Positions 1 through 9,596 of a stretch of 39,606 nucleotides of DNA are shown in pieces (position 1 is the stretch's first letter; every line of letters begins with the position of its first letter). Origin of the DNA: Pirellulales bacterium. Its GTDB lineage: Bacteria; Planctomycetota; Planctomycetia; Pirellulales; Lacipirellulaceae. Location of the stretch: contig JAICUM010000001.1 of the NCBI GenBank assembly GCA_025935855.1, forward strand, positions 1 to 39,606, written 5' to 3'. Both the position numbers and the translations under genes were made by a program. Under the pieces are notes generated by a model. It worked only from the letters and a program-made list of their open reading frames with translations, searched no databases and had not been told where the DNA came from.

Positions 1-1414
1 CGTGGGCGACTTCGCCGGCGACGTCCGTCAGCCGGAAGTTGCGCCCCGCGTAGCGGTACGTGAGCTTCGTGTGCTCCAGCCCTAACAGGTGCAGGATCGT
101 CGCGTGCAGGTCGCGCATGTGCGTCTTCTGCTCGACGGCGATGTGGCCGAACTCATCGGTGGCGCCATACGAGAAGCCCGGCTTCACGCCGCCGCCGGCG
201 AGCCACATGGTGAAGCCGCTGGGGTTGTGATCGCGGCCGGTGCCGTTGTTCTCAGCAAACGGATTGCGGCCGAACTCGCAGCCCCACCACACGAGCGTGT
301 CCTCGAGCAGGCCGCGCTGCTTCAGATCGGCGAGCAGCCCAGCGATCGGCTTGTCGCAGGCCAGCGCGTGCTCCGCGTGCTTCGGCATGTTCGAGTGCTG
401 ATCCCAGGGCGGGTTGTTCGTGTTGTCGGTGTAGTTCACCTGGATGTAGCGGACCCCTGATTCGGCGAGCCGCCGGGCCATCAGGCAGCGGCGGCCGAAG
501 TCGTCCGTCTCCTTGCGGCCGACGCCGTACAGGTCGAGCGTGGCTTGCGTTTCCTGCGACAGGTCGAGCGTTTCGGGAGCGTGCCGCTGCATGCGGAAGG
601 CGAGCTCGTAGGAGTCGATCACCGCTTCCAACTCGGCGTCGTGCGGGTGATGGGCCAATTGCTCGCGGTTCAGCGACTGGATCAAGTCGAACTGCGCTTG
701 CTGCTGGGGCTCGCTGCGCTGGCCGTTCAGCAGATAGCGGATCGTCGAATCCTTCGCGGGAATGCCGGCCCGGCCCACCGCGGTGCCCTGATACACCGGC
801 GGCATGAACGCGGTGCCATAGTTTCGCGGGCCGCCGTTGGCCATCGTCGGCGAAAGGACAACGAACGCGGGCAGGTTGTCGTTCTCCGAGCCAAGGCCGT
901 AGCTGCACCAGGCGCCCATCGAGGGCCGAATGAGATTGGTTGATCCCGTGTGGAGGAACAACGTGGCCGGACCGTGGGCGACGCCCTCGGTGTGCATGCC
1001 GTGGAGGAAGCACAGGTCGTCCACGCGCTTCGAGAGCTCGGGGAAGAGCGAGGAGGTCCACTTGCCGCACTGGCCTTGTTGGGCGAACGGCCAAAGCGAT
1101 TTCATCACGCGGTTCTTGGCGCCCTTGCCGGTCTTGGCCAGGCTGCGGGCGTCGCTGAACTCGCGCATCTTGCCGTCTTCGCGGTCCAGGAGCGGCTTGT
1201 AGTCGAAGGAATCGACATGACTGACGCCGCCGGCCATGAACAGGAAGATCACCCGCTTGGCGCGCGGGGCGAAGTGCGGCGCCTTGGCCGAGAGCGGACT
1301 CGCGTCGGCTTGCTCGTGGAGCAACCCGGCGAGCGCGAGCGAGCCGAATCCGCAGGCCACGTCGCGGAGCATGCGACGGCGAGTGACGTCTCCATGTTGG
1401 CAGCAATCAGCCAT
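1..1414 (-). CDS. DUF1501 domain-containing protein (planctomycete sulfatase-like), runs off left edge
   Basis: Not in the ORF track because it has no stop in the window. Manual translation from ATG 1414 gives MADCCQHGDVTRRRMLRDVACGFGSLALAGLL (Tat-like RR) ... AKRVIFLFMAGGVSHVDSFDYKP ... YRYAGRNFRLTDVAGEV, typical DUF1501 motifs. It lies next to a PSD1 gene, the usual pairing. Confidence 0.9.
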   Translation of the reverse strand, partial: MADCCQHGDVTRRRMLRDVACGFGSLALAGLLHEQADASPLSAKAPHFAPRAKRVIFLFMAGGVSHVDSFDYKPLLDREDGKMREFSDARSLAKTGKGAKNRVMKSLWPFAQQGQCGKWTSSLFPELSKRVDDLCFLHGMHTEGVAHGPATLFLHTGSTNLIRPSMGAWCSYGLGSENDNLPAFVVLSPTMANGGPRNYGTAFMPPVYQGTAVGRAGIPAKDSTIRYLLNGQRSEPQQQAQFDLIQSLNREQLAHHPHDAELEAVIDSYELAFRMQRHAPETLDLSQETQATLDLYGVGRKETDDFGRRCLMARRLAESGVRYIQVNYTDNTNNPPWDQHSNMPKHAEHALACDKPIAGLLADLKQRGLLEDTLVWWGCEFGRNPFAENNGTGRDHNPSGFTMWLAGGGVKPGFSYGATDEFGHIAVEQKTHMRDLHATILHLLGLEHTKLTYRYAGRNFRLTDVAGEVAH

Positions 1415-1420
1415 GGCCCG

Positions 1421-1426
1421 ATTGTA
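1421..1426 (-). promoter_or_regulatory. Putative -10 box (TACAAT) 6 nt upstream of the DUF1501 ATG
   Basis: Minus strand reads TACAAT-CGGGCC-ATG; no Shine-Dalgarno seen. Confidence 0.5.
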
Positions 1427-1462
1427 GCAAGCCCGCGGCGCGGGCGTCTGCATTAATTGGCT

Positions 1463-3865
1463 CTAATCGAGGTAGCGAAAATCAACGCAGCCGAAGAGGC
1501 CTTGATACAACTGCTCCCATCCGGCCAGTTTTCGCGTATCGCCGTCGATGCCATTGTCTTTTGGACGATGAATCGCCCAGCGGGCCATGGTGAGTTCGCG
1601 ACGTGAGGGCGCGCGGCCAAGTGCTTCGCGAAAGGCCCGCGTGATCAGCTCATCTTCAGTTGAATTGTCGTCAGCGAGCGCCCGCTTGGCTGCCGCCTTG
1701 GCCTCTTCCATGACGAACGGGCTGTTCAGCATGAACAGCGCCTGCGGGGCCACGGTCGTCACATTCCGCTGGGAGACGGAGCGGTTCTGGTCGGCAAAGT
1801 CGAACACTTCAAACAGTTCGTGCATGCGGTTCCGAAACGCGGGGGTGTAGACGCTGCGGCGCGTGTCTTTGAACTGGTAGCCGTACTCCGCCGGGACGAC
1901 GGCGCTCACCTTTTCCAACACGTCCTTGTTCATGTTCTGGCCGCCGTACTTGAAATCGAGCCGGCCGCTGGCCATGAGCATGGCGTCGCGGAGCGATTCG
2001 GCATCGAGCCGTTTACGGTTCATCCGCCAGAGGAGCCGATTCTCCGGATCGACGGCAGCCGCGGCGTCGTTGAACTCCGTGCTCATGCGATAGGCGTGCG
2101 ACAGCGCCAGCTCACGGACGAGCTTTTTCGTGGACCAGCCTTGCTCCACGAAGCGTTGGGCGAGGTAGTCGAGCAGCTCCGGATGGGAGGGGAGCTCGCC
2201 GGTCGTACCGAAGTTGTCGAGCGTGCGCACCAGTCCCACGCCGAACAGGTAGTGCCACACGCGGTTCACGTAGACGCGCGCCGTGAGCGGATTCTGCGGC
2301 GAGGCGATCCACTGGGCGAGTTCCAGCCGGCCGCTGTGTTCGGCGGGCATGTTGGGCGAGCCGCCGGTCGTGGCGACTTGCAGCACGCCGCGTGGCACGG
2401 CGGGGCCGCGATGATGGACGCTGCCGCGGATGCAGATCTGGCAGTCTTCGATCTGCTTGGCGTCCTCAGCCGCCATGGCCACGGGCGCCGGCGAGCGGGC
2501 TTGGAGTTCTTTTAGTTGCTTGGTTAAGGCGGCGAGTTTTTTCTTCGCTTTGTCGGAACCAGACTCCGCCTTCGCGACTTTTAGCCTTTGCTTCAGCGCG
2601 GCGACTTTTGTTTCGTGAGCTTTTACCGCCTCGCGTTCGACGTCGGACATGGGGAGCGAACGCGTCACCCATTTCGAGACGTTTTCGTGGATGAGCACAT
2701 GCGTGCTGCGGAGGATGCCGGCGAGAGCGTAGTAGTCGGCGGTGGGAATGGGATCGAACTTGTGATCGTGGCATCGAGCGCAGGTGACCGTCATGCCGAG
2801 CAGGCCGCGACCGATCACGTCGAGCTGCTCATCGACGACGTCCATTTCCAGCGCCGCCTTGTCCTGCTCCTCGTAGTTATGGGCGCCGAGGATGAGGTAA
2901 CCGGTGGCGATCAGGTGTTCGCGCTCTTCTTCAGGCGTGTCGTGTGGCAGCAGGTCGCCGGCGATCTGCTCGATGAGGAACTGATCGACCGGCTTGTCGG
3001 CATTCACGGAGTTAAGCACGTAGTCGCGGTAGCGCCAGGCGTCCTTGAACAGGAGCGTTCGCCCGCCGCCGCTGGATTCGGCGAACCGGGCGACATCGAG
3101 CCAATGGCGGCCCCAGCGTTCGCCGAAGTGGGGCGCGGCGAGGAGCCGATCCACGACCCTTTCGTAGGCGTCGGCTGAAATGTCGTTGATGAAAGCATCG
3201 ATCTCTTCGATCGTCGGCGGCAGGCCGATCAGATCGAAGGTGACACGCCGCAGCCATGTCTCGCGGTCGGCGTCTTTCGCCGGTTCGAGGTCGTGTGACT
3301 CGAGGTTCGTCAATACAAATTGGTCAATCGGCCCGCGCGGCCAGGAAATGTTCTTCACGGCGGGAGGGTCATGATGCTTCAGCGGTTGGAAGCACCAGAA
3401 CTGCCGGCCCTGTTCGAGATCGATCGTTCCCGTGGCGGCGACAGGCGCCGCGCCGATGCGCGGGTCGGGCGCCCCGATCTTGATCCATTTCTCGAAGTCG
3501 GCGATCACGGCGTCGGGCAACTTCCCTGACGGCGGCATCTCGTACGATTCGTAGCGCAACGCCTCCAGCACCAGACTCTCTTCGGGCTTGCCGGGGACAA
3601 TCGCGGGGCCGGTGTCGCCGCCCTTGAGCAGTCCCTCGCGGTTATCCACCAGCAGATTGCCCTTGAGCTTCTTCGCCTGCTGCGAGTGGCAGGCGTAGCA
3701 TTTCTCAACGAGCACCGGCCGGATGTTGGCTTCGAAAAACGCTATGCCTTCAGCCGAAGGCTTGGCGGCGTCGGCGGCGTGTGCCGCGCCGGCGGCAACA
3801 AGTAGTAGAGAAAGACCGGTTGCGAGGCGCAGAGGAGTCAGCCAGGTTCGTGAACGGCAATACAT
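1463..3865 (-). CDS. PSD1 and planctomycete cytochrome c domain protein (PSCyt1 + DUF1549 + DUF1553)
   Basis: Signal peptide; FFEANIRPVLVEKCYACH heme motif; GERWGRHWLDVARFAES; second CxxCH (CARCHDHKFDPIP); NPLTARVYVNRVWHYLFG; PSHPELLDYLA. Confidence 0.92.
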   Translation of the reverse strand: MYCRSRTWLTPLRLATGLSLLLVAAGAAHAADAAKPSAEGIAFFEANIRPVLVEKCYACHSQQAKKLKGNLLVDNREGLLKGGDTGPAIVPGKPEESLVLEALRYESYEMPPSGKLPDAVIADFEKWIKIGAPDPRIGAAPVAATGTIDLEQGRQFWCFQPLKHHDPPAVKNISWPRGPIDQFVLTNLESHDLEPAKDADRETWLRRVTFDLIGLPPTIEEIDAFINDISADAYERVVDRLLAAPHFGERWGRHWLDVARFAESSGGGRTLLFKDAWRYRDYVLNSVNADKPVDQFLIEQIAGDLLPHDTPEEEREHLIATGYLILGAHNYEEQDKAALEMDVVDEQLDVIGRGLLGMTVTCARCHDHKFDPIPTADYYALAGILRSTHVLIHENVSKWVTRSLPMSDVEREAVKAHETKVAALKQRLKVAKAESGSDKAKKKLAALTKQLKELQARSPAPVAMAAEDAKQIEDCQICIRGSVHHRGPAVPRGVLQVATTGGSPNMPAEHSGRLELAQWIASPQNPLTARVYVNRVWHYLFGVGLVRTLDNFGTTGELPSHPELLDYLAQRFVEQGWSTKKLVRELALSHAYRMSTEFNDAAAAVDPENRLLWRMNRKRLDAESLRDAMLMASGRLDFKYGGQNMNKDVLEKVSAVVPAEYGYQFKDTRRSVYTPAFRNRMHELFEVFDFADQNRSVSQRNVTTVAPQALFMLNSPFVMEEAKAAAKRALADDNSTEDELITRAFREALGRAPSRRELTMARWAIHRPKDNGIDGDTRKLAGWEQLYQGLFGCVDFRYLD

Positions 3866-4080
3866 GCGTCGTTGTCCGCCTGTCGCCGGGAGGGCGCCAA
3901 TCGACCGCCTTGTTGGGCTCGAACGTGCCCTTCCAAACTAACTGATGGCAACGTGAAAATGAAGGCCGAGCTTGCTTCCAATATCCGGCGGCGAAGCCCT
4001 CAATAGCGGTGGCAGACCGCCTCGGTTAGGCTAAAAAGATCAACATTCTCACGATCAACCTTGCCGGAACACTCCAGCAG

Positions 4081-7000
4081 ATGAAGTATTTCGTTGGCTT
4101 AATCGTTCTGATCCCCGGCTTGCTCTCAGTCAGCGTTGTGCAGGCTGACGACGCGGCGGCGCCGGCCGTTTCTTCGGACGCCGAAATTGCCGCCAAGGCG
4201 GTGCATCTGCCGCAGGGATTTTCGATAACGGCCGTGGCGAGCGAGCCGCATTTGGCCAATCCGGTGGCGTTTTGCTTTGATCCGAAGGGCCGGATCTTTG
4301 TCGCCGAGACGTATCGCGTTCACAAGGGCGTTGAGGACAACCGGCTGCACATGGATTGGCTGGACGACGACCTGGCGGCCAAAACCGTGGCCGATCGCCG
4401 GGCGTACGTCGTGCGCCGCATGGGCAATCAAATTGGCCACTACACGAAGTTCAGCGAACAAGTGCGATTGCTGGATGATCGCAATGGCGATGGCCGTTAT
4501 GAGACGTCGAGCGTCTTCTCCACCGGCTACGACAAGATTGAAGACGGCGCCGCAGCGGGCGTGTTGTGGGTCAACGATCGGCTGTTGTTCACGTGCATCC
4601 CATCACTGTGGGAGCTGCGGGACGCGGACGGCGATGGCCAAGCGGAACAGCGGCGAGCGCTGGCGACAGGCTTCGGCGTTCACTTTGCCCTGTTTGGGCA
4701 TGACTTGCACGGGCTGAAGCTGGGGCCGGACGGCAAAGTCTATTTCTCGATCGGCGATCGCGGGTTGCAGGTTGATACGCCGCACGGCACGCTTTCCAAT
4801 CCGAACTCCGGCGCGGTGATTCGCTGCAACCCGGACGGCAGCGACATGGAGCTATTCGCCACGGGGCTGCGCAATCCGCAGGAGTTGGCGTTCAACGAGC
4901 TCGGCGATTTGTTCACCGTTGATAACAACTCGGACTCGGGCGATCGCGCTCGGCTGGTGCATATCGTCGAGGGAATGCAGGCTGGGTGGCGGATGTCGTA
5001 TCAATATCTGCCGGATCGCGGGCCGTTCAATCGCGAGAAAATTTGGTATCCGCAGAATGACGAGCAGCCAGCGTCGATCGTGCCGCCGGTTGAAAATTTG
5101 GGCGACGGTCCTTCCGGGCTTACTTACTATCCGGGCACGGGGCTGCCGGCGAAGCACGCGGGGTCGTTTTTCTTGTGCGACTTTCGCGGCACGCCGGGGT
5201 TGAGCGGCGTGCGGGAGTTCTCCGTAAAGCCGAATGGCGCAACGTACAAACTTGATCGCGATGATTGGTTTATCCAGGATATGCTGGCGACGGATTGCGA
5301 TTTCGGGCCGGACGGCGGGCTGTATGTGGCCGACTGGATCGAAGGCTGGGGCGGCGTCGGCAAGGGCCGCATTGACCGCGTGGTGAGCGATGATTCGGCG
5401 GCGACGAAGGAGCGGCTGGCGACGGCGGAGGCGCTCAAGGCGATTCCGAGCGAGCCGGTTGCTGAGCTACCTGCGCTGCTCGGACATGCGGACATGGCGG
5501 TGCGACTGGCGGCGCAGCAGCGGCTTGTCGCGGCCGGACTTTCGTCGGCGGAGTTGTTTTCCAAGGTTGCATCGCCCAACGATTCGCCACGGCTTGCGCG
5601 GCTGCATGCCATTTGGGGACTGGGCCAGCTCGCCGAGCAGGATTCTAAGTTGTTCACAACGCTGGTCGCGCTGCTTGGCGATGATGACCCAGAGATAAGA
5701 GCGCAAGCGGCCAAGACGCTCGAACACGCGGACAAACTGGGCAACGATCAGCGCGAATTGATTTCCAAGCAGCTGCTGCCGTTGTTGACGGATGAATCGC
5801 CGCGCGTGCGAACATTCGCGGCCATCACCTTGGGCAGACTGAAATTCGAGGCAGCGCTTCCCCCACTCTTGGCCTTGGCTCGAGACAATGACAACAAGGA
5901 CGCGGTGATACGTCATGCGGCCTCCTTTGGGTTGGCCGAATCGCAAACGGCTGAAGCACTTGTCGCGGCGGCCGCGAAGGCGGGCGCTGCGGAGCGGCTG
6001 GCCATCGCGGTGGCGCTGGGCCGACAGAAATCGCCGCTGGTTGCGAAGCTGCTGAATGACTTGAATGAGCGCGTGCGGCTGGAAGCGGCCCGCGTGATTT
6101 GGGACAAGCCGATTCCAGAGGCTTACGCGGCGCTGGCCAGCATTCTTGACGCGGCGCCGTCGTCCGATGAGCCGCTTGTACGGCGTGCGCTTGCTGCGAA
6201 CCAGGCGGGGCGCACGGCGGATAATTTGCGGGCGATGGTCCGCTGTGCGTTGCGGCCTGATTTGAGTGCCGCGATGCGCGACCACGCCTGGGGGCTGATT
6301 CGCCAATGGCCGTCGCCGTCGCCGCGTGACCCGGTGCATGGCGATTGGCGGCCGATCGCTTCGCGGCCTGCAGAGGAAGCCAGGGCGGTGCTGCAAGAAA
6401 TGCTGCCAAAGATTCGTGAACGCGGCGCGGAAGGCGCCGTTGGCATTGTGGTCGCCGCCGAGCTTGGCGTACGCGAGGCATTCGCTTCGCTGATGGAAAT
6501 CATCGAAACGCAGTCGTATCCGCAGGAGCTACGCGCCCGCGCGGTGGCGGCCATTGGCGGGGCAGAGGAGGCCGTCGCGTCGCAAGCGATTGACGCGGCG
6601 CTCAAATCCGAGCGACCCGAGGTGCGTTCCGCCGCGCGGCGATTGCTCGTGCAGCGATTCCCCGCGCGGGCCGTGGAACCGCTTCGAACCGCGGCCGAAT
6701 CGGCAACGATGCCCGAGCGGCAGACGGCGATCGATTTGCTGGCGACCATTGATCGCCCGGAAGCGGCCGAAGTGGTTGCCCATTGGATGGAGCGAGTCAG
6801 CAAAGGCGATTGCCCACCGGAACTGGTGCTCAATGTGCTTGAGGCGGCGGCTAAGTCGAAAGATCCGAGGCTTGTTGCCGCTCAGAAAACGTACTCGGAA
6901 AAACTTGCCGCGGCCGGCCCCGTGGCGGCGCAAAGCGCCTCGCTCGTCGGTGGCGACGCCGAACGCGGGCAGAAGCTATTTTCCGAAAGCGAGGCGTTGG

Positions 7001-7428
7001 CGTGCCGGCGCTGCCACGGCGTCGTGACAGGGAAGGTGCTTGTGGGCCCTAACCTGGCCGACGTGGGATTGCGGCGAACTCGCAATGAACTTCTCGAATC
7101 GATCGTGGCGCCGAACGCCAAGATCGCCGAAGGCTTCAAGACGACGGTGTTCCTGCTCGACACCGGCAAAGTCGTCGCCGGGATTTTGAAGCGTGAGGAC
7201 GCCAAGCACGCGGTGCTGATGGACTCCGAGAACAAGGAAATCGACGTCGATCTCGCGGAGGTTGAGAATCGCAGTGAAGGTTTGTCGGCGATGCCGCAGG
7301 ATATTGCCAAGCAGCTTTCGCCGCGGGATCTGCGCGACTTGGTGGAGTATCTGACGACGCTTCGGACGCCGAATACGCCGGCGGCCGAACAGCCAAAAGA
7401 CAGCGCCCACGCCGCGGCGGCGCAGTAG
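4081..7428 (+). CDS. PVC-type heme-binding CxxCH protein (membrane-bound dehydrogenase-like beta-propeller + HEAT repeats + cytochrome c)
   Basis: Signal peptide; ANPVAFCFDPKGRIFVAET; GLRNPQELAF; HEAT-like repeats; C-terminal CRRCH...GPNL...ESIVAPNAKIAEGF...SAMP. Confidence 0.88.
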   Translation: MKYFVGLIVLIPGLLSVSVVQADDAAAPAVSSDAEIAAKAVHLPQGFSITAVASEPHLANPVAFCFDPKGRIFVAETYRVHKGVEDNRLHMDWLDDDLAAKTVADRRAYVVRRMGNQIGHYTKFSEQVRLLDDRNGDGRYETSSVFSTGYDKIEDGAAAGVLWVNDRLLFTCIPSLWELRDADGDGQAEQRRALATGFGVHFALFGHDLHGLKLGPDGKVYFSIGDRGLQVDTPHGTLSNPNSGAVIRCNPDGSDMELFATGLRNPQELAFNELGDLFTVDNNSDSGDRARLVHIVEGMQAGWRMSYQYLPDRGPFNREKIWYPQNDEQPASIVPPVENLGDGPSGLTYYPGTGLPAKHAGSFFLCDFRGTPGLSGVREFSVKPNGATYKLDRDDWFIQDMLATDCDFGPDGGLYVADWIEGWGGVGKGRIDRVVSDDSAATKERLATAEALKAIPSEPVAELPALLGHADMAVRLAAQQRLVAAGLSSAELFSKVASPNDSPRLARLHAIWGLGQLAEQDSKLFTTLVALLGDDDPEIRAQAAKTLEHADKLGNDQRELISKQLLPLLTDESPRVRTFAAITLGRLKFEAALPPLLALARDNDNKDAVIRHAASFGLAESQTAEALVAAAAKAGAAERLAIAVALGRQKSPLVAKLLNDLNERVRLEAARVIWDKPIPEAYAALASILDAAPSSDEPLVRRALAANQAGRTADNLRAMVRCALRPDLSAAMRDHAWGLIRQWPSPSPRDPVHGDWRPIASRPAEEARAVLQEMLPKIRERGAEGAVGIVVAAELGVREAFASLMEIIETQSYPQELRARAVAAIGGAEEAVASQAIDAALKSERPEVRSAARRLLVQRFPARAVEPLRTAAESATMPERQTAIDLLATIDRPEAAEVVAHWMERVSKGDCPPELVLNVLEAAAKSKDPRLVAAQKTYSEKLAAAGPVAAQSASLVGGDAERGQKLFSESEALACRRCHGVVTGKVLVGPNLADVGLRRTRNELLESIVAPNAKIAEGFKTTVFLLDTGKVVAGILKREDAKHAVLMDSENKEIDVDLAEVENRSEGLSAMPQDIAKQLSPRDLRDLVEYLTTLRTPNTPAAEQPKDSAHAAAAQ

Positions 7429-7511
7429 CGGCGGTTTTTAACCGCCGCGTGAAGTGCGATTGGCAACCTCGCTCGTACTTCCTTGATACGGCGGTTGGAA
7501 ACCGCCGTTAC
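7425..7511. repeat. Inverted REP-like doublet between convergent genes (may also act as a bidirectional terminator)
   Basis: GTAG-CGGCGGTT-TTT-AACCGCCG at 7425-7447 and, on the minus strand, GTAA-CGGCGGTT-TCC-AACCGCCG at 7511-7489. Confidence 0.8.
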
Positions 7512-7954
7512 GATTGGTTTTTCAGCCTCATGTAGAGTTCTTGAACCGTCGGCATGCAGCAGCGTCCGTCGGCGGCGAGCTTAGCGCAGCGGGCTTCCGC
7601 CGATTTTGATTTCGCAAAGAGCTCGCGAATACAGATTGGCTTTTCCGCTTGAGCGTCCGCTTCGACATCGTCGTAGGCGAGGCCGAAACAGGCGCACATT
7701 GGCGCGTCGAGATCCTTGGGGTAAACCGGCGCGCTCAACTCGTCTACAAGAACCACCGCTTCGAACAAGTTGAAGTAGGCGACGTCGCAGCGCGGGAAAT
7801 TGCAGAACCAAGCGGAGTCGCCCATTTTGTTGCGCGACTCGGGCTTGATATGCACATCGAGCGGGCCGTGCTCTACCGGGACGCCCAGCGCGCCGCAGCG
7901 CGGGCAGAACGCGCGCCCATCGAAGTCAGGCTCGCGGACGAAGGCTTTGTTCAT
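7508..7954 (-). CDS. Cys-rich putative Zn/2Fe-2S-binding protein (CopZ N-terminal / Csac_0668-like)
   Basis: Cys pattern CPRCG...WFCNFPRCDVAYF...PMCACFG...C...C...GRCC. Confidence 0.65.
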   Translation of the reverse strand: MNKAFVREPDFDGRAFCPRCGALGVPVEHGPLDVHIKPESRNKMGDSAWFCNFPRCDVAYFNLFEAVVLVDELSAPVYPKDLDAPMCACFGLAYDDVEADAQAEKPICIRELFAKSKSAEARCAKLAADGRCCMPTVQELYMRLKNQS

Positions 7955-8121
7955 GGTGAGTGGTCCTGAGGTCGAGCATCTGACGCATGTCCGTGCCTAA
8001 GCCGGCGATGCTAGCTGGCATTATCCGCAAAATCGTTAAACTCCGCCGTCGCCGGGCGTCGAATTGAGGAGAGGCCGTTTCGCACGGAAAGGCTCTCATT
8101 GTCTGTTCGCATAGGTGCGCC

Positions 8122-9153
8122 TTGCACACGTTCTCCTTCAAGTTTGGCCACGGTTCTAGCACGAGGGCAAGTTGCCGGTTGGCGATTGCCGTGGGGCTGC
8201 TTGCGTGGCAGGCGTTGGCGGTGCGCGTCGAGGCCGATGAATTACTGGCTGACAGCTATCAGCCGGCCGATGCCGCGGCGAGCGGACTAGCCGCCAGCGG
8301 CCCGGCGGAAAGCCTGTTGCCGCAGCAGCCGCTGTCGATCTCGCCCATCGTCGAGTCAACGGCGGCGCCACTGGTTGCTGAACCGGTCATCGCGGCGCCT
8401 CCAATGGCCATGGCTCAGCCGGATGTCGACCCTTATCACGGGATGCCGCAGGTGGCGCCGGTGAGTTGGATTTCGGGGCCGTACTTTCGGGCCGGCGCAT
8501 TGTCTGGCATCAACGGCGGGTTATTCAAAGGCATGGGCCAAGGGTACACGATCGGCGGCGGCTATCGGCAGCCGCTGGGGCCGGAGATCGCGGGCAATCG
8601 TGTGTTCTTTGACCTTGGCGGCTCTTACCAGTCGGTGTTCGGACACAACGAGCAATTCATTCCCGAGAACTTCGTCCACACGCCGCTACCCGCTGGCATT
8701 GGCCCGGTGACGGTGAACCGGCTGGAGACCAGCCGCGTGGCAAACCTGAGAGAAGTTCGGCAAGCGGCGATGAATGTGGCCGTCGGCTGGTACTGGGGAC
8801 CGCCGCTGGACGATCGAGCGGCGGATCCGCAGCTGCGGTTCGCCACGCGCATCGGGGGGCGATTTGGGCATGCGCGCGGACACTTTCTGGAAGAGCAGTT
8901 ACCTGTCACGCTTGTCTCGAATAGCTTTCAGTCGGAAGCGCTGGTCCAAATTACGTACGAACGCAAGGATACATTCGGCGGGTTATTCGTCGGCACGGAG
9001 GCGATTCTCTTGAATCGCGATTACGCGATCGGCCACGTGCAGTGGACGATCGACGCTCAGTACACGAACGACTGGCTGGAATTCGGCGGCGGCTTGTGGA
9101 AGGGCAGCTTGGGAACGGCGGCCGTGACGAGCGGATTTATGCTGTCATGGTGA
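8122..9153 (+). CDS. Secreted hypothetical protein, probable outer-membrane beta-barrel
   Basis: Signal peptide-like segment, Pro/Ala linker, amphipathic Gly/aromatic strands and C-terminal aromatic residue (SGFMLSW). Start codon uncertain. Confidence 0.6.
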   Translation: MHTFSFKFGHGSSTRASCRLAIAVGLLAWQALAVRVEADELLADSYQPADAAASGLAASGPAESLLPQQPLSISPIVESTAAPLVAEPVIAAPPMAMAQPDVDPYHGMPQVAPVSWISGPYFRAGALSGINGGLFKGMGQGYTIGGGYRQPLGPEIAGNRVFFDLGGSYQSVFGHNEQFIPENFVHTPLPAGIGPVTVNRLETSRVANLREVRQAAMNVAVGWYWGPPLDDRAADPQLRFATRIGGRFGHARGHFLEEQLPVTLVSNSFQSEALVQITYERKDTFGGLFVGTEAILLNRDYAIGHVQWTIDAQYTNDWLEFGGGLWKGSLGTAAVTSGFMLSW

Positions 9154-9192
9154 GTTGTTTTCTCACCGATGCACACGTCGGAAAGGTAGCGG

Positions 9193-9381
9193 TTAGAGCT
9201 CCTTTTCGCCCGTCAGTTTTCGCAGTATGTGGCGTGCGAGCGACTCCTTAATTTCTCGATGCCTCGGCACCGGCTGTGAGATGCCAGTCGCCGGATTACG
9301 ATACCAGTCATGCTTTGCGCCATGGCGAACGAGGATGCAGCCTGCTTCCTCTATCTTCTTGATGAGATCGATTCGCTTCAC
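9193..9381 (-). CDS. hicA: HicA-family toxin (mRNA interferase)
   Basis: MKRIDLIKKIEEAGCILVRHGAKHDWYRNP...VPRHREIKESLARHIL with the conserved His. The GTG start overlaps the hicB stop (GTGA). Confidence 0.9.
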   Translation of the reverse strand: MKRIDLIKKIEEAGCILVRHGAKHDWYRNPATGISQPVPRHREIKESLARHILRKLTGEKEL

Positions 9382-9569
9382 GGCAAGACCAGCTCGTCAA
9401 CTTTTCGTATGCCTGGTACTTGTCCGCTCTGAAAGTCCTCGTAGAGATCCTTTAGGTGATCTTTTAGATCCTCAAGTGATGATCCCTGGGTCCAGTAATC
9501 AGGATAAATTTCCAAATACCCGAGCCAAGCATCCTCATCCTGCCAGTAGACGAAGCGAAGCGTTTGCAT
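9378..9569 (-). CDS. hicB: HicB-family antitoxin (short, no DNA-binding domain)
   Basis: YWQDEDAWLGYLEIYPDYWTQGSSLEDLKDHLKDLY, a partial RNase H-fold TQG motif. Confidence 0.88.
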   Translation of the reverse strand: MQTLRFVYWQDEDAWLGYLEIYPDYWTQGSSLEDLKDHLKDLYEDFQSGQVPGIRKVDELVLP

Positions 9570-9596
9570 AGAAGCAGTCCCGAACTGGAGCGACAG

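Noticed and set aside
252-1406. 384-aa minus-strand ORF and other long overlapping ORFs throughout the track
   Set aside because: These are Arg/Pro-rich shadow frames of GC-rich genes. The real gene here is the DUF1501 frame starting at 1414.
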